This document shows, piece by piece, positions 37,401-49,724 of a stretch of 64,000 nt of DNA; the stretch's first letter is position 1, and every line of letters begins with the position of its first letter. The notes beneath the pieces were generated by a model. That model had not been told where the DNA came from. It searched no databases and saw only the letters and a program-made list of their open reading frames with translations. The translations under genes and the position numbers were made by a program. Origin of the DNA: Mobula hypostoma (Eukaryota); the NCBI RefSeq assembly GCF_963921235.1, contig NC_086097.1, forward strand, positions 146,012,001 through 146,076,000, given 5' to 3'.

Positions 37401-37880
37401 GCTATAAGACCTAAACTCAATGTTTCAGGAACAGCTTCTTTCCCTCCATCATCTGATTTCTGGACAGTCCATGAACCCGTGAACCTCGTTATTCCTACTG
37501 AATTCCTCCAGCTTTTTGTGTGTGTTGCTTTGGATTTCCAGCATCTACGGATTTTCTCATGTTTACCTCAATATTTATCTTCTGCACAATTTGTTTTTGT
37601 AATTTACAGTAATTTTTATGTCTTGGGCTGTACTTTAGCAAAACAACAAATTTCATAGCATTAGCACAAGAGATTCTACAGATTCTGGAAATACTGAACA
37701 ACTGTCCTGCTGAAGTGTCTCAGCCCGAAACATTGACTGTCATTTTCACTCCATAAAAGATGGTGTCTGACTTGTTGAGTTCCTAAAGCATATTGTCTGT
37801 TGCTCAAATGTCACTACATATGTCAGTGATAATAAACCTGAGCAACACAAACACACAATGAACCTAATTCCGATTCCCAT
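34490..37880. mobile_element. Cluster of Rex1-type 3' fragments (34490-34870 +, 35700-36666 +, 36680-37320 -, 37320-37880 +) with PLE-terminus pieces
   Basis: Recurrent 'ccatcaggaaggaggtacag'-like segments, (tatgac)n and (ttcaaa) tails; unique DNA at ~34870-35580 lies between them. Confidence 0.6.
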
Positions 37881-39549
37881 GCCTTCATCCTCCCTGCAGA
37901 TTAACAAGTAACACACACAAAATACTGGAGGAACTCAGCAGGCCAGTCAGCATCTATTGTAAAGAGTACAGTCGACATTTCGGGCCAAGACCTTTCCTCA
38001 GGAAGGGAGGACAAGCTTTTTTTGTCTCTTTTCAGTTCGAACTGAAACATTAACTCTGTTTCTCTTCCTAAAGCTGTAGGTTGACCAGCTGACTATTTCG
38101 AGCATTTTCAATTTCTACATTTTATTTCCAGCATCTGTAACATTTTGCTTCTCATGCTTGGAATAAAATTTCCTATTGAAATAGAAATCAAATAGTTTTG
38201 TGTATTAAGAAAGGAAAACAATTTGGAAGAGTGGAATGCTTGGTGAGTTTCTAAGCTTACTGCATAGAGCCGGTCTGCCACTTGAATTCAGCAATTTTGC
38301 ACAAAATGATGAAGGGGCAGTACAAATGTTGGTCTTGGAGTTCTACATCACTTGTAAGACGTCACTTCCCTTATCGACAAAGTATAATACAGGCACCTAG
38401 TGGCAGTAAGGTGTATTGCAAGACCATAGATTCTTCTGAAAGAAATACTGTACACCAATCTGTCTTGAAGAAGGGTCTCAGCCGGAAACTGTTTACTCTT
38501 TTCCATAGATGCCTCCTGACCTGCTGAGTTCCTCCCACATTTTGCGTGTGTTGCTTTGTATTTCCAACATCTGCAGATTTTTTCATGTCTCTGATTTAAG
38601 ACCATAAGGCCGTAAGACATAGGAGCAAAATTAGGCCATTGGCCCATTGAGTCTGTTCTGCCATTCAATCATGGCTGATCCTTCTTTTCCCAACCTTGTA
38701 GATGAGGTACAATCTTTTTCTCATCTACTTTCCATTACTACTTGTATATTTCTCAACCTTATCAATGGTGTCACAAACTTAAATCCTGTCATGGAGAGCT
38801 CAACTTTTAACCATCCATCCTCCTCTCCATCCTGCCCGCTCTCTGGGACATTTTTTTTCCCCAAAATTCCTCATTTGCCTCTCCAGCTTCCCAATAAATC
38901 CATTTTTAAAATCTAATTCATGACCAAGATTTTGGTTGCAGCTTAGGGCTTCCACGATGGCTCAGTATCCATTCTCTTATTTTATTTATTTCCTTTGTCC
39001 CTCTGGAAGGCCATTAGGACACTCATTCCATTAAAAACTGGAGCTGCTGCTTCATAGCTCCAGTGAACTGGGTTCAACCCAGTCTGAGTGGAATCTGCAT
39101 CTTACAGTTTACATATTGCCTGTAGGGAGTTCCCATATCCAAAGATGCACCAGTTGGTAAATTAATAGGCCACTGTGTTTAGTACGTGTGTGAGTGCTGA
39201 ATGGTAGAATAGTCATAGTCATAGTCATACTTTATTGATCCCAGGGGAAATTGGTTTTCGTTACAGTTGCACCATAAATAATAAATAGTAATAAAACCAT
39301 AAATAGTTAACTAGTAATATGTAAATTCTGCCAGGAATAGTAATATGTAAAACTCATAATAGAATCTGGATGAATTTGATAAGTTTGGGAAAAGAACACA
39401 ATGGGATTATTGTAAACGGGGGGCTTGATTACTGGTGTGGATTTGACGGGCCAATGAGCATTTAGTTGTGATGTAAATGTAAGAATCTAAATTCAAAGTT
39501 ATGTGCATGATTGCCAGTTTAAACTTTTTCCTTTCCTATGTGAGATTTG

Positions 39550-40000
39550 CTGGACTACGCACGTCATGACCTTCTACAGATGGGCAGTTGAGAGCACCAT
39601 AACATGCTGCACCGTTGTGTGGGACAGAAATTGCACTGCAGCAGACAGGAGGACTGTGCAACAGGTAATTAAAACCACTCAATGCCTCACCGGCCCCAGC
39701 CTACCCACCAGCAAGGACATATATACAGTACAGAAAGGCGCTGGAAAAAGACCAGCAATATTATGAAGGTTTCTTCCCACCCTGCTCATGGACTGTTTGT
39801 CACATTTCCATCGGGGAAGAGGCTACGCAGCATCTATGCCAGGACCATCAGGCTTAAAAACAGTTGATTCCCCCAAGCCATCAGGTTGAGCAACAGCTCC
39901 ATCTATTAACCGACTCCACCACATCCCCTACAACCACTAATTTATCATTTCCTGTCAGGGTCACCTTATGTATGATACTCCTGTACCTAGTGTCACTTTA
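39550..40000 (+). mobile_element. Rex1-type LINE 3' fragment
   Basis: TFYRWAVESTITCC, HPAHGLF..FPSGKRLRSIYART. Confidence 0.7.
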
Positions 40001-40016
40001 TACAATGCACCAATGA

Positions 40017-40757
40017 TAATAAGACCATAAGACCATAAGACAAAGGAGCAGAAGTCGACCATTCAGCCCATCGAGTCTGCTCCGCCTTTTTATCATGAGC
40101 TGATCCATTCTCCCATTTGGTCCCACTCCCCCGACTTCTGACCATAACCTTTGATGCCCTGGCTACTCAGATACCTATCAATCTCTGCCTTAAATACACC
40201 CAATGACTTGGCCTTCACTGCCGCCCATGGCAACAAATTCCATAGGTTCACCACTCTCTGGCTAAAAAAATTTCTTCGCATCTCTGTTCTGAATGGGCGC
40301 CCTTCAATCCTTAAGTCATGCCCTCTCGTACTAGACTCCCCCATCATGGGAAACAACTTTGCCACATCCACTCTGTCCATGCCTTTCAACATTCGAAATG
40401 TTTCAATGAAGTCCCCCCTCATTCTTCTAAACTCCAAGGAATACAGTCCAAGAGCGGTCAAACATTCCTCACATGTTAACCCTCTCATTCCCGGAACTAT
40501 TCTAGTGAATCTTCTCTGTACCCTCTCCAACATCAGCACATCCTTTCTTAAACAAGGAGACCAAAACTGTCCACAGTACTCCAAGTGAGGTCACACCAGC
40601 GCCTTATAGAGCCTCAACATCACATCCCTGCTCCTATACTCTATTCCTCTAGAAATCAATGCCAACGTTGCATTCGCCTTCTTTACCACCAACTCAACCT
40701 GGAGGTTAACCTTAAGGGTATCCTGCATGAGGACTCCTAAGTCCTGGTGCATCTCAG
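40017..40757 (-). mobile_element. Young 5'-truncated CR1 LINE (same subfamily as 29401-30350)
   Basis: (ataagacc)n tail; ORF 40093..40584 is near-identical to the C-terminus of 29521..30432. Confidence 0.93.
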
Positions 40758-40866
40758 ATAATGTACCAATTATTTAGCAACATGCAAAAATCACAACTAA
40801 TATTTTAACCTGTAAACCAAATATATCTGAAAGCTCTGTATTTGTTTATTACCTTTCTAAGTCAAA

Positions 40867-41146
40867 GGGGCAGCACGGTAGCATAGTGGTTAGCACAATG
40901 CTTTACAGTACAGGTGACCCCGGTTCAATTCTTGCTGCTGTCTGTAAAGAATTTGTATATTCTCCCTGTGACTGAGTGGCTTTCCTCCAGGTGCTCCAGT
41001 TTCCTCACACAGTCCAAAGAAGTTCTGTTTGGTAGGCTAATTGGCCGTTGTAAGTTGTCCCATAGTTAGACAAGGATTGAGTCAGGGGATTGCTGGGCAG
41101 TGTAGCCTGAAGGGCCTATCCTGTGCTGTATCGCAATAAATAAATA
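40867..41146 (+). mobile_element. tRNA-derived V-SINE (HE1-like), full length
   Basis: A box TAGCATAGTGG, B box GGTTCAATTC, V-domain 'ccaggtgctccagtttcctcacacagtccaaag', (aata)n tail. Confidence 0.8.
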
Positions 41147-41969
41147 TGTTCTTTTTAATCACGTTTCTGGAGATTGTAGATTTCCCTTTTTTTCCCTCAG
41201 ATTTCTTTCTGAACCACTTTCCTTCCTTTACTTTAGACACACGACTATTCTTCATGTGCAACCTAACATTTAAATCTGGCTGACCATTAGGTGAGCATGG
41301 GCATCATATCCAATGATTTTTTTCCCCTAGGAGGCGGCGTTAGATGGTGATCAGGGATGTGGAACCTGGGTGATTCTGTCTTGTGTCTGCACCATTGTTG
41401 CTGTGCATCTTTTCTATCTAAATAAACCGGTCATGGGCTAGTGTTGAAATCCGGATCATTCCCTTCCTGCATGCTCCATTCCGCTCTGGGTGGCTCATTA
41501 CACCAATTAAGCTTGGGCTAGGGCATTACTTATTTATTTTGTAATTTATCGTAAATTTATCTCTTTGCACTGTTCTGCTGCTCCAAACAACACATTTTAC
41601 ATCATATAAGACCCTGATAATAAAACTGATGCTGAAATGAGAGCTGTAAAATAGTTAACTTAGCACTTATTTTACATAAGTTTTATACGTATGATTTCTA
41701 TTCTGCATGCCAGATATTTTGGCAGTGAATTGTGAACTGTGTAAGGGCAAATTTCCATTATCCAAACTGCTGTAATGGGGAGTCTCCCACATCTAAAAAT
41801 ACAAGTGCACTGCATTAATTTTCCTTTTGGCTATGCCTGGTGGGAACGATGAACTACTACAGAAAAGGATTGAGGAATAAGGGCAGAGATCTATAACATA
41901 TGAATACATTTCAATTTCTATCTGGAAGTTGTTAGTAGATATCCTTTTGAGGGACTTTAAGACCAGGAT

Positions 41970-42418
41970 GCCATAAGACGTTGGAGCTAAATTAGGCCAT
42001 TCATCCCATTGAACCTTCTCCTCATTCTATCATCACTGATTGTTATCCTACTCAATCCCATGTCCTGCCACCTTCCAGTAAACTTTGATACCCTTATAAA
42101 TCAAGAACCTACCAACCCCCACTTTATGTATACCAAATGAATTGGCCTCCACAACAATCTGAGGCAATGAATTCCACAGATTCAAATTCCTCCTCATCTT
42201 GGTTCTAAAGGGACGTCCTTGTAATCTGAAGCTGTTCCCTCTGGTGCTGTACTCCCCACTGTAGGAAACATCCTCTCCATGTCCGCTCTATGTAGGCCTT
42301 TCAGTATTCAATAGGTTTCAATCCTCAGTCTTCTAAACTCCAGAGAATACAGGCCAACGAACCCTCCTTATAATTAACCCTTTCATTCCCAGGACCATTC
42401 TTGTGAACCTCCTTTGGA
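41970..42418 (-). mobile_element. CR1 LINE 3' fragment, degraded
   Basis: 'ccataagacgttggagctaaattaggccattc', 'gaattccacagattc', 'cttctaaactccag'. Confidence 0.75.
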
Positions 42419-43426
42419 TGCTTGTTTAAGCATGCTTGGTTGCATGTCTGGGCTGCATTCATGGAGGGACAAGTGAGTTTGTACACGGGCCGAAAAGTGT
42501 ATGTGGCACCCCATGTAGAATGGATGACTAAGAGTGCTCCTTCCCCTGTATCCCATCTTCGTGGGTTCCAGGAGGAAGGCAGGTTGGCTCTTTTCACTAA
42601 CTGAGGGTGTTCAGCAACATAAATTTGTTCAATACTGTCTTGAGAATGGTAACCATTGACAATGTATTTTCACAGGATTCTGATTGTCAGCATCTTTGTT
42701 ACTCGTGTTTGACATTGAAGTGTTCTTTTTAGAAGCATCTGGGAACTCAATTCTATCCCAAGCTGAGACTGTAATGAAGCAGTAGACATGAAAAAGAAAG
42801 ATTTGTTTATAAGGAACATTGGATTTGATAGCAGCTAATTTAAAGCCAGATAATGGGACTGATTTAATTGGGGGAACAACTTGATAAATGTGTTTGTTTA
42901 ATTTCTAAAGCCAAACTGTTCCAATTATCCTCATTGCATTACCTAAGATAATGCCAAAACTATTATCCCTCATGCAACTAATTTTAAGGGATAGAACAAA
43001 GCTCAGCTCTGGCTCTTTTTTAAAAATTTCCTCTCCCATTCATAAGGTGTCCAATGGGAATATAGCACCTTATCTGATTTTAACTGTTCAATGCCTGTTC
43101 TTCTGTGCTTGCTTACAATTAAATAGGAGTTAATTGGTTTTAAACAAAATGAGTTGCACCTACTGTTACAACACAGTTGACTGAAGATCCTGCAAAGGCC
43201 CTGTGACGTTCAAGAAATAAGTACAACTGGGACCAGTGCCTGCTCACAGAGCAAGGGCCCCACGTGACCCGCGGGCCTCCCAGTTAGAGATTCACAATGA
43301 AAGTACAGTGTTCAGCAGATTCCATTCCCTTGACACAGTGCCAGTAACATCTCTGATTTAACAGCCTAGCAACCAGTTCTAGTCATTTAAATTTTCATGC
43401 ATCTCTATGTGTATAATGATGTCACA

Positions 43427-43440
43427 GTTGCTATGGTAAC
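43427..43440. promoter_or_regulatory. RFX X-box motif in unique DNA
   Basis: GTTGCTATGGTAAC matches the palindromic X-box; motif match only. Confidence 0.4.
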
Positions 43441-44395
43441 TATCTGGTGGAGGAACTATGACACTTTTGCTGCTAAGTAACTAGGGGACCTGACATGCTT
43501 GAAGTCATTCAGGCAAATATCTAAGTGATCAGTAATTCAGTGCACATCTACATGCTTTGTGCAATGTTTCTCTTTGCTGATTCAGAGTTTTCATTTCTTA
43601 AAGAAACCCAGCTCAGGCTGTGTGCATATACACGTGTACAAGTGCACTTATGATTTCTTCTTACTATAAACCAATACACTGGAAAGAACTTCCAGTGTAC
43701 AAGAAAAAGAGAATTTCTAGCACATTTCAGGCCCTCGGGACATCAGAGCTTAAAGCCAATAAAAAATTATTTTATATGTTGCCATTGTTATAGTGTAGGA
43801 AATGTGGCAGGAAATTTGCTCAATCCAATCCACAGAGCAGCCATGAAATAATAAAAAAGTAATGTTAACAGAGAGACTAATATTAAACACAGGCCAGAGA
43901 AGAATTCCTTTCTTCAAAGTAGTGCTAGCTGATCTCCTGATAGGACAGATAAGGTGACAAATTACATTGAATCTAAAAGACTGACATCCAAACTATGTGT
44001 CTTTTTAGTATCTAATATTTTTATACTGCAGAAGTGAAGCAGAATGCTATACCAAATTATTGCCTCCCTTTATTGAGCAACTAAATGTCCTCAGGGTGCA
44101 AATTGTTTGGAGGTCTCATCAACTTCACCCTTTTCTTATTGTCAACATGTCCTGTCTTTGCACCTAAACAAAAACAATGAAAAGTGGAAAACATGCTTAA
44201 TGGGGAAAAAAAAAGCAAGACCAATCCAAACTCATCTTTCACAACTGTCTCCAACCCTCTGCATTAACTGGTTGTGGAATATCGATTGGAAGCAAATGAT
44301 CTTACTTCTTCTTCACCCAGTAGCATCAAGACTTCCAAATACACAGTCTGGGAGTGAAGCCTGTTAAAGTTCGGTGCAATTGCTTGATGACATAT

Positions 44396-44815
44396 TGTCA
44401 CATGGAGGGAGGGCGGGTGTAGTGGTTTATTTGCTAGTTGAAAGTCAGTTCCACCATGATGGTCACTGATTGGCCTGTATAAAAGTTGGCACCACAACAC
44501 CAATTTCCGGCTTGAGATGCCTTGGGCATAAAAGAATAGCAAGTGCATGAGGCTTGGCCTCTCTGTCCTTTTGTCTCCAAGGCTCCTCTTCACCTTGAGG
44601 TCACGACTAGTGCTGAAGAACCTTTGGGAAAGTATGCTCCAGATTCACACTCTTAGCTGAATATCTTTTTGTTAAATATATATTTTTATAGCTTGTGTAA
44701 TTTGGGGGGACTTAGCTGTTTGGTCGAATCTTTTACTGTTTGTAAATAAATGATTAATATGCTTATTCATAGTCATTCTCATTCACCAAACCCATGAATT
44801 TGCTTCCACATTACA
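44396..44815 (+). mobile_element. Probable solo LTR
   Basis: TGTCA...TTACA; TSD CATAT/CACAT; GC box 44411, ATTGG 44469, TATAAAA 44478, AATAAA 44745. Confidence 0.6.
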
Positions 44816-44880
44816 CACATTTACCAGCAATTCAAATTCTTAACAATTTTTGATTGAAATTTGACTTGAAGTTGAATGTG

Positions 44881-46848
44881 ATAGAACATAGAACATAGAA
44901 TAGTACAGCTCAGTACAGGCCCTTCAGCCCACATTGTTGTGCCGACCCTCAAACCCTGTCTCCCATATAACCCCCCACCTTAAATTCCTCCATATACCTG
45001 TCTAGTAGTCTCTTAAACTTCACTAGTGTATCTGCCTCCACCACTGACTCAGGCAGTGCATTCCACGCACCAACCCCTCTCTGAGTAAAAAACCTTCCTC
45101 TAAAATCCCCCTTGAACTTCCCACCCCTTATCTTAAAGCCATGTCCTCTTGTATTGAGCAGTGGTGCCCTGGGGAAGAGGCGCTGGCTATCCACTCTATC
45201 TATTCCTCTTATTATCCTGTACACCTCTATCATGTCTCCTCTCATCCTCCTTCTCTCCAAAGAGTAAAGCCCTAGCTCCCTTAATCTCTGATCATAATCC
45301 GTACCCTCTAAACCAGGCAGCATCCTGGTAAATCTCCTCTGTACCCTTTCTAATGCTTCCACATCCTTCCTATAGTGAGGTGACCAGAACTGGACACAGT
45401 ACTCCATGTGTGGCCGAACCAGAGTTTTATAGAGCTGCATCATTACCTCGCAACTCTTAAACTCTGTCCCTCAACTTATGAAAGCTAACACCCTATAAGC
45501 TTTCTTTTTTTTTCTATTCAGGGAAGTTTTTTTTTCCCTCCAAAAATACTTTATTCAGAAGTATTACAAAATAAAGTTATATGCATAAAAAAAAATTTGT
45601 TGACCCCGAGTCCTTATTCAATAAATAAAGTTATTTACAATAAAATTATGCATTGACTCTCTGTTCATATACAAATGAAAGATGTTTACAATAAATCGTT
45701 CATTTACGCTCAACCCTTGGTCAAGAGTTAAGACTTACTTACAATAAAATTATCAACAATAAAGGCAGGCGTTGGCTCTAATTCCTTTTCCAAATTAACA
45801 ATTCCACCCATTCCTGGGGCACCATTCCCTCGACTTATGAAAGCTAACACCCTATAAGCTTTCTTAACTACCCTATCTACCTGTGAGGCAACTTTCAGGG
45901 ATCTGTGGACATGCACCTCCAGATCCCTCTGCTCCTCCACACTACCAAGTATCCTGCCATTTACTTTGTACTCTGCCTTGGAGTTTGTCCTTCCAAAGTG
46001 TACCACTTCACACTTCGCCGGGTTGAACTCCATCTGCCACTTCTCAGCCCACTTCTGCATCCTATCAATGTCTCTCTGCAATCTTTGACAGTCCTCTACA
46101 CTACACTGTACAACACCACCAACCTTTGTGTCGTCTGTAAACTTGCCAACCCATCCTTCTACCCCTGCATCCAGGTGGTTAATAAAAATCACAAAAAGTA
46201 GACGTCCCAGAACCAATCCTTGTGGGACACCACTAGTCACAACCCTCCAATCTGAATGTACTCCCTCCACCATGACCCTCTGCCTTCAGCAGGCAGCCAA
46301 TTCTGAAACCACCTGGCCAAACTTCCCTGGATCCCATGCCTTCTGACTTTCTGAATAAGCATACCATGTGGAACCTTGTCAAATGCCTTACTAAAATCCA
46401 TATAGATCACATCCACTGCACTACCCTCATCTATATGCCTGGTCACCTCCTCAAAGAATTCTATCAGTCTTGTTAGACACGATCTGCCCTTCACAAAGCC
46501 ATGCTGACTGTCCCTGATCAGACCATGATCCTCTAAATGCCCATAGATTCTATCTCTAAGAATCTTTTCCAATAGCTTTCCCACCACAGATGTAAGGTTC
46601 ACTGGTCTATTAATACCCGGACTAACCCTGCTACCTTTTTTGAACAAGGGGACAACATTCTCCTCCCTCCAATCCTATAGTACCATTCCCGTAGACAACG
46701 AGGCCATAAAGATCCTAGCCAGAGGCTCAGAAATCTCCTCTCTCACCCCGTGGAGCAGCCTGGTGAATGTTCCGTCAGGCCCCGGGGACTTATCTGTCCT
46801 AATGTATTTTAACAACTCCAACACCTCCTCTGCCTTCATATCAACATA
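44881..46848 (-). mobile_element. CR1 LINE, 5'-truncated, interrupted at 45507-45825
   Basis: (atagaac)n tail; RT ORF pieces 46237..46647, 45728..46273, 44949..45443. Confidence 0.93.
45507..45825 (-). mobile_element. Poly(A)-tailed retroposed insert, probably an L1/Tx1-clade 3' end
   Basis: 40-bp TSD, minus-strand AATAAA then A9, 13 nt, A9; TTCTT/AA target. Confidence 0.75.
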
Positions 46849-47738
46849 ATTCACATGAATCTGAACTTCCCTTTAGGTGTTTTCAAAAGTGACTGAAATG
46901 ATGTCTACTTTTTCCATGTATAGGATGAGTTATTTGCTCTGCAACGTTTTTGTTGGAGCAATGCAATGAAAGGCAAGCAAAGCTGAACTGAAATTGTTCT
47001 TTGTGGACTCGGCAACAACTGTGTTTCCAAAATGGTGGCTTGGGACCATGAAAGGTAAACGTCATACTTACCTGTTATCTACCACCCCCAAATTCCCATA
47101 ATATTGGTCGCTTCCCAACCTCTTAATCTCACCCACTAACGTACCAAGAGCCGGATCCAAATCCTCTATTTACAATAATCACCTAATCCCTTGATATCAT
47201 CATATTTCTATTCCTCTCACTGTTTTCATCCTCTGAAATTCTTGGCTGTCCAAGCCACCTGAGGTTTAAGCCTCAACCCTAACTGTAGTAAGAGACTTGT
47301 CATAGATTCACAGAGTAATACAGCACAGAACCAGACCCCTTGGCCCAACTGGTTCATGTTGAGTAGAGAATCCTGTTGTTAATCCCAATTACCCATGCTC
47401 AGCCATAATCTTTCAAGCCTTTCCCCTGCATACACCTATCCTAATGCCTTAAATGAAGGGCGCACATGCCACAGTATTCCAGGGGAAGAGGTGTCCATGG
47501 TGGTGTGGGAGAGAACTGGGAAAATAGGGTTCCAGAACAACCTCCCATGCCATCAATCTTCAGGTCATGTAACTGAGGGACTTGTGCTAATATTATTTAG
47601 TGACTGTATGTGCTATCATAACTCTATGTGCTGTGTGAGACTGTATGAACTGTGTTTTGCAACTTGGCCATAGGGAATGAAGTTTCGTTTAGCTGTATAC
47701 AAACCTAGAGAGCTACGGAGCCAGATTCAGTGCCATTT

Positions 47739-49123
47739 TGTTACAGGGGAGCGTAGGAAAGCGGACCCAGGAGCAGAACACAGACGCGGAGGTAGCATTA
47801 ACAGAAATGTGTTTATTAATAGTTGCCAGGAAAGCCGGGGAGCGAGGATAGAATGCTTACGCGGACGAGGATGTGGGACAACATACAGGAGGAGCTCAGA
47901 CACGGAGCCTGGACTTGGACTTGGACTTGAACACAGAGCCTGGACTTGGACTCGGACTTGGACCTGAAGCCTGGACTTGGACTTGGACACAGAGCCTGGA
48001 CTTGGACTTGGACTCCAGCCTGAACTTGGACATGGACTTGGATACAGAGAGACAGAATACCCAACTTGGATTAGCGGCAAACAGCCGGACCTACTCAGCT
48101 GGAAACGAGGTGGCCAAACCAAACAACAACAGACAATCCGTATCTTGACATGGAGAAGCTCATGAAGCAGCTAACGGTTGGCAATCACTCAGCTGGATAT
48201 GAAGAGACAGAATTCCCAGCTTGGAGTAGTGGCAAATGGCCAGACCTACTCAGCTGGAAACAAGACAACTAAACCAACCAAAGACAGACAATACGAATCT
48301 TGACACGGAGTAGCTCATGAAGCGGCAAATGGCTGGCAATCCCTTAGCTGGACAGGATGAGACAGAATTCCCAACTTGGAGTAACGGCAAACGACCCGAC
48401 CTACTCAGCTGGAAGCAAGATGACTAACCCAACCAACAACTGACCATACAAATCTTGACATGGAGTAGCCCATGAAGTGACAAACAGTCAGCAATCACTT
48501 TGCTGGACACGAAGAGACAGAATTCCCAACTCGGAGTAGCAGCAAATGGCCAGACCTACTCAGCTGGAAATGAGATGACTAACCAACCAACGAATGGCAA
48601 TACGAATCTTGACACGGAGTAGCTCATGAAGTGGCAAAACGTCGGCAATCACTCAGCTGGACAAGAAGAGACAGAATTCCTAACTCAGAGTAGCGGCAAA
48701 CAGCCAGACGTACTCAGCTGGAAACGAGACGACAAAAACCAAACAATGACAATCCATTTGTATCTTGGCTCAGAGTGGCAGCAATCGGCCAGCAAATCTC
48801 AGCCGAATGTGAAAACGACAGAATTCGCATCTTGACTCGGAGTAGCGGCAAAATGGCCGGCAACTCAGCTGGACACGAAAATGACTGAGTTCACTAAGCA
48901 GCCACAGGCACCAAAGCAACTTAGAGTCCATGATTCTTGGTGGCTCCAGGATGAGCATAGCTACACTGGCTACGGTGACGAACCAACAGCGAGTAGATGT
49001 AAGCCGGAGTTTTTATGCTGCAAGTTCGAATGAGGATCAGGTGCCCTAATCAAGGAGCCCAGTGGAACACGGGGAAAAGGAAATTAACTGAAATGAGGAG
49101 TCAACGGACCAGACCGTGACACA
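47739..49123 (-). mobile_element. Solo LTR with an expanded internal tandem array (family of 3073-4025)
   Basis: TG...CA, perfect TSD CATTT (47734-47738 / 49124-49128); shares 'gtagcattaaca...gtttattaat' and 'ggagtcaacgg...gtgacaca' with 3073-4025. Confidence 0.88.
48049..48890. repeat. ~155-bp tandem repeat (4 full + partial copies), preceded by (GGACTT)n at 47908-48041
   Basis: 'gagacagaat' unit starts at ~48049, 48204, 48359, 48514, 48668. Confidence 0.9.
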
Positions 49124-49724
49124 CATTTACATAAATAATGAAAAACATAGCTCTCAACACTGACCCCTGGGGCATACCTCTAATCTCAAGCCTCCAGTCA
49201 GAGAATCTACCTACAGCCTTGACTTTTTGCTTCCTGTCATTGAGCCAATTCGGAATATATCTCATTAGTTCCCATTGTATTCTTCTAGATCAACCTGCCA
49301 TGTGGGACCTTGTTGAAGATCTTACTAAAGTCCATGTAGTCAACATCCACCCTCTGACCTACCTTCATCTAGGGTCCTCATTACCTCCTTGAAAATCTCC
49401 AAAAGATTCATCAGAAATTTCTAGTGCATCTCCTGTCCATTGAGGTTCTGGGCTCCGATTTGCCAATCCCCAAGACTCCAGATCAACCACAATCAAATCC
49501 TTGAGGTTCCAGGTTCAAGTCTTAGAATCCCTAAGGTCCCAATCCCACTGATGCTACAATCCTCATGGATCCAGATGATAGACATTACAATCCCTTTGTT
49601 TCTACATCCTGTCCCCCTTCAGTCCCCAAGGTTCCACATCCTCCATTCCCTGGATTCCATGTTCATTGACCCTCAATCCCTAGCTGAATATTCTAACACG
49701 GTCATTCCTGAATTCCAATGGAAA

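Noticed and set aside
40867..40940. tRNA gene
   Set aside because: The A/B boxes continue into a SINE V-domain and tail; no proper cloverleaf.
46924..47232. Splice-site-like signals (+ acceptor 46923 / donor 47055; - donor CAG|GTAAGT at ~47071)
   Set aside because: All frames contain stops and there is no recognisable product; a non-coding exon cannot be excluded but is unsupported.
47727..48165. ORFs with SPSP/VQVQ/LDLD repeats (also 3233..3640)
   Set aside because: They arise from GGACTT hexamer repeats inside solo LTRs.
48049..48890. CRISPR-like repeat-spacer array
   Set aside because: Whole 155-bp units are homologous, with no unique spacers and no cas genes; the context is a eukaryotic LTR.
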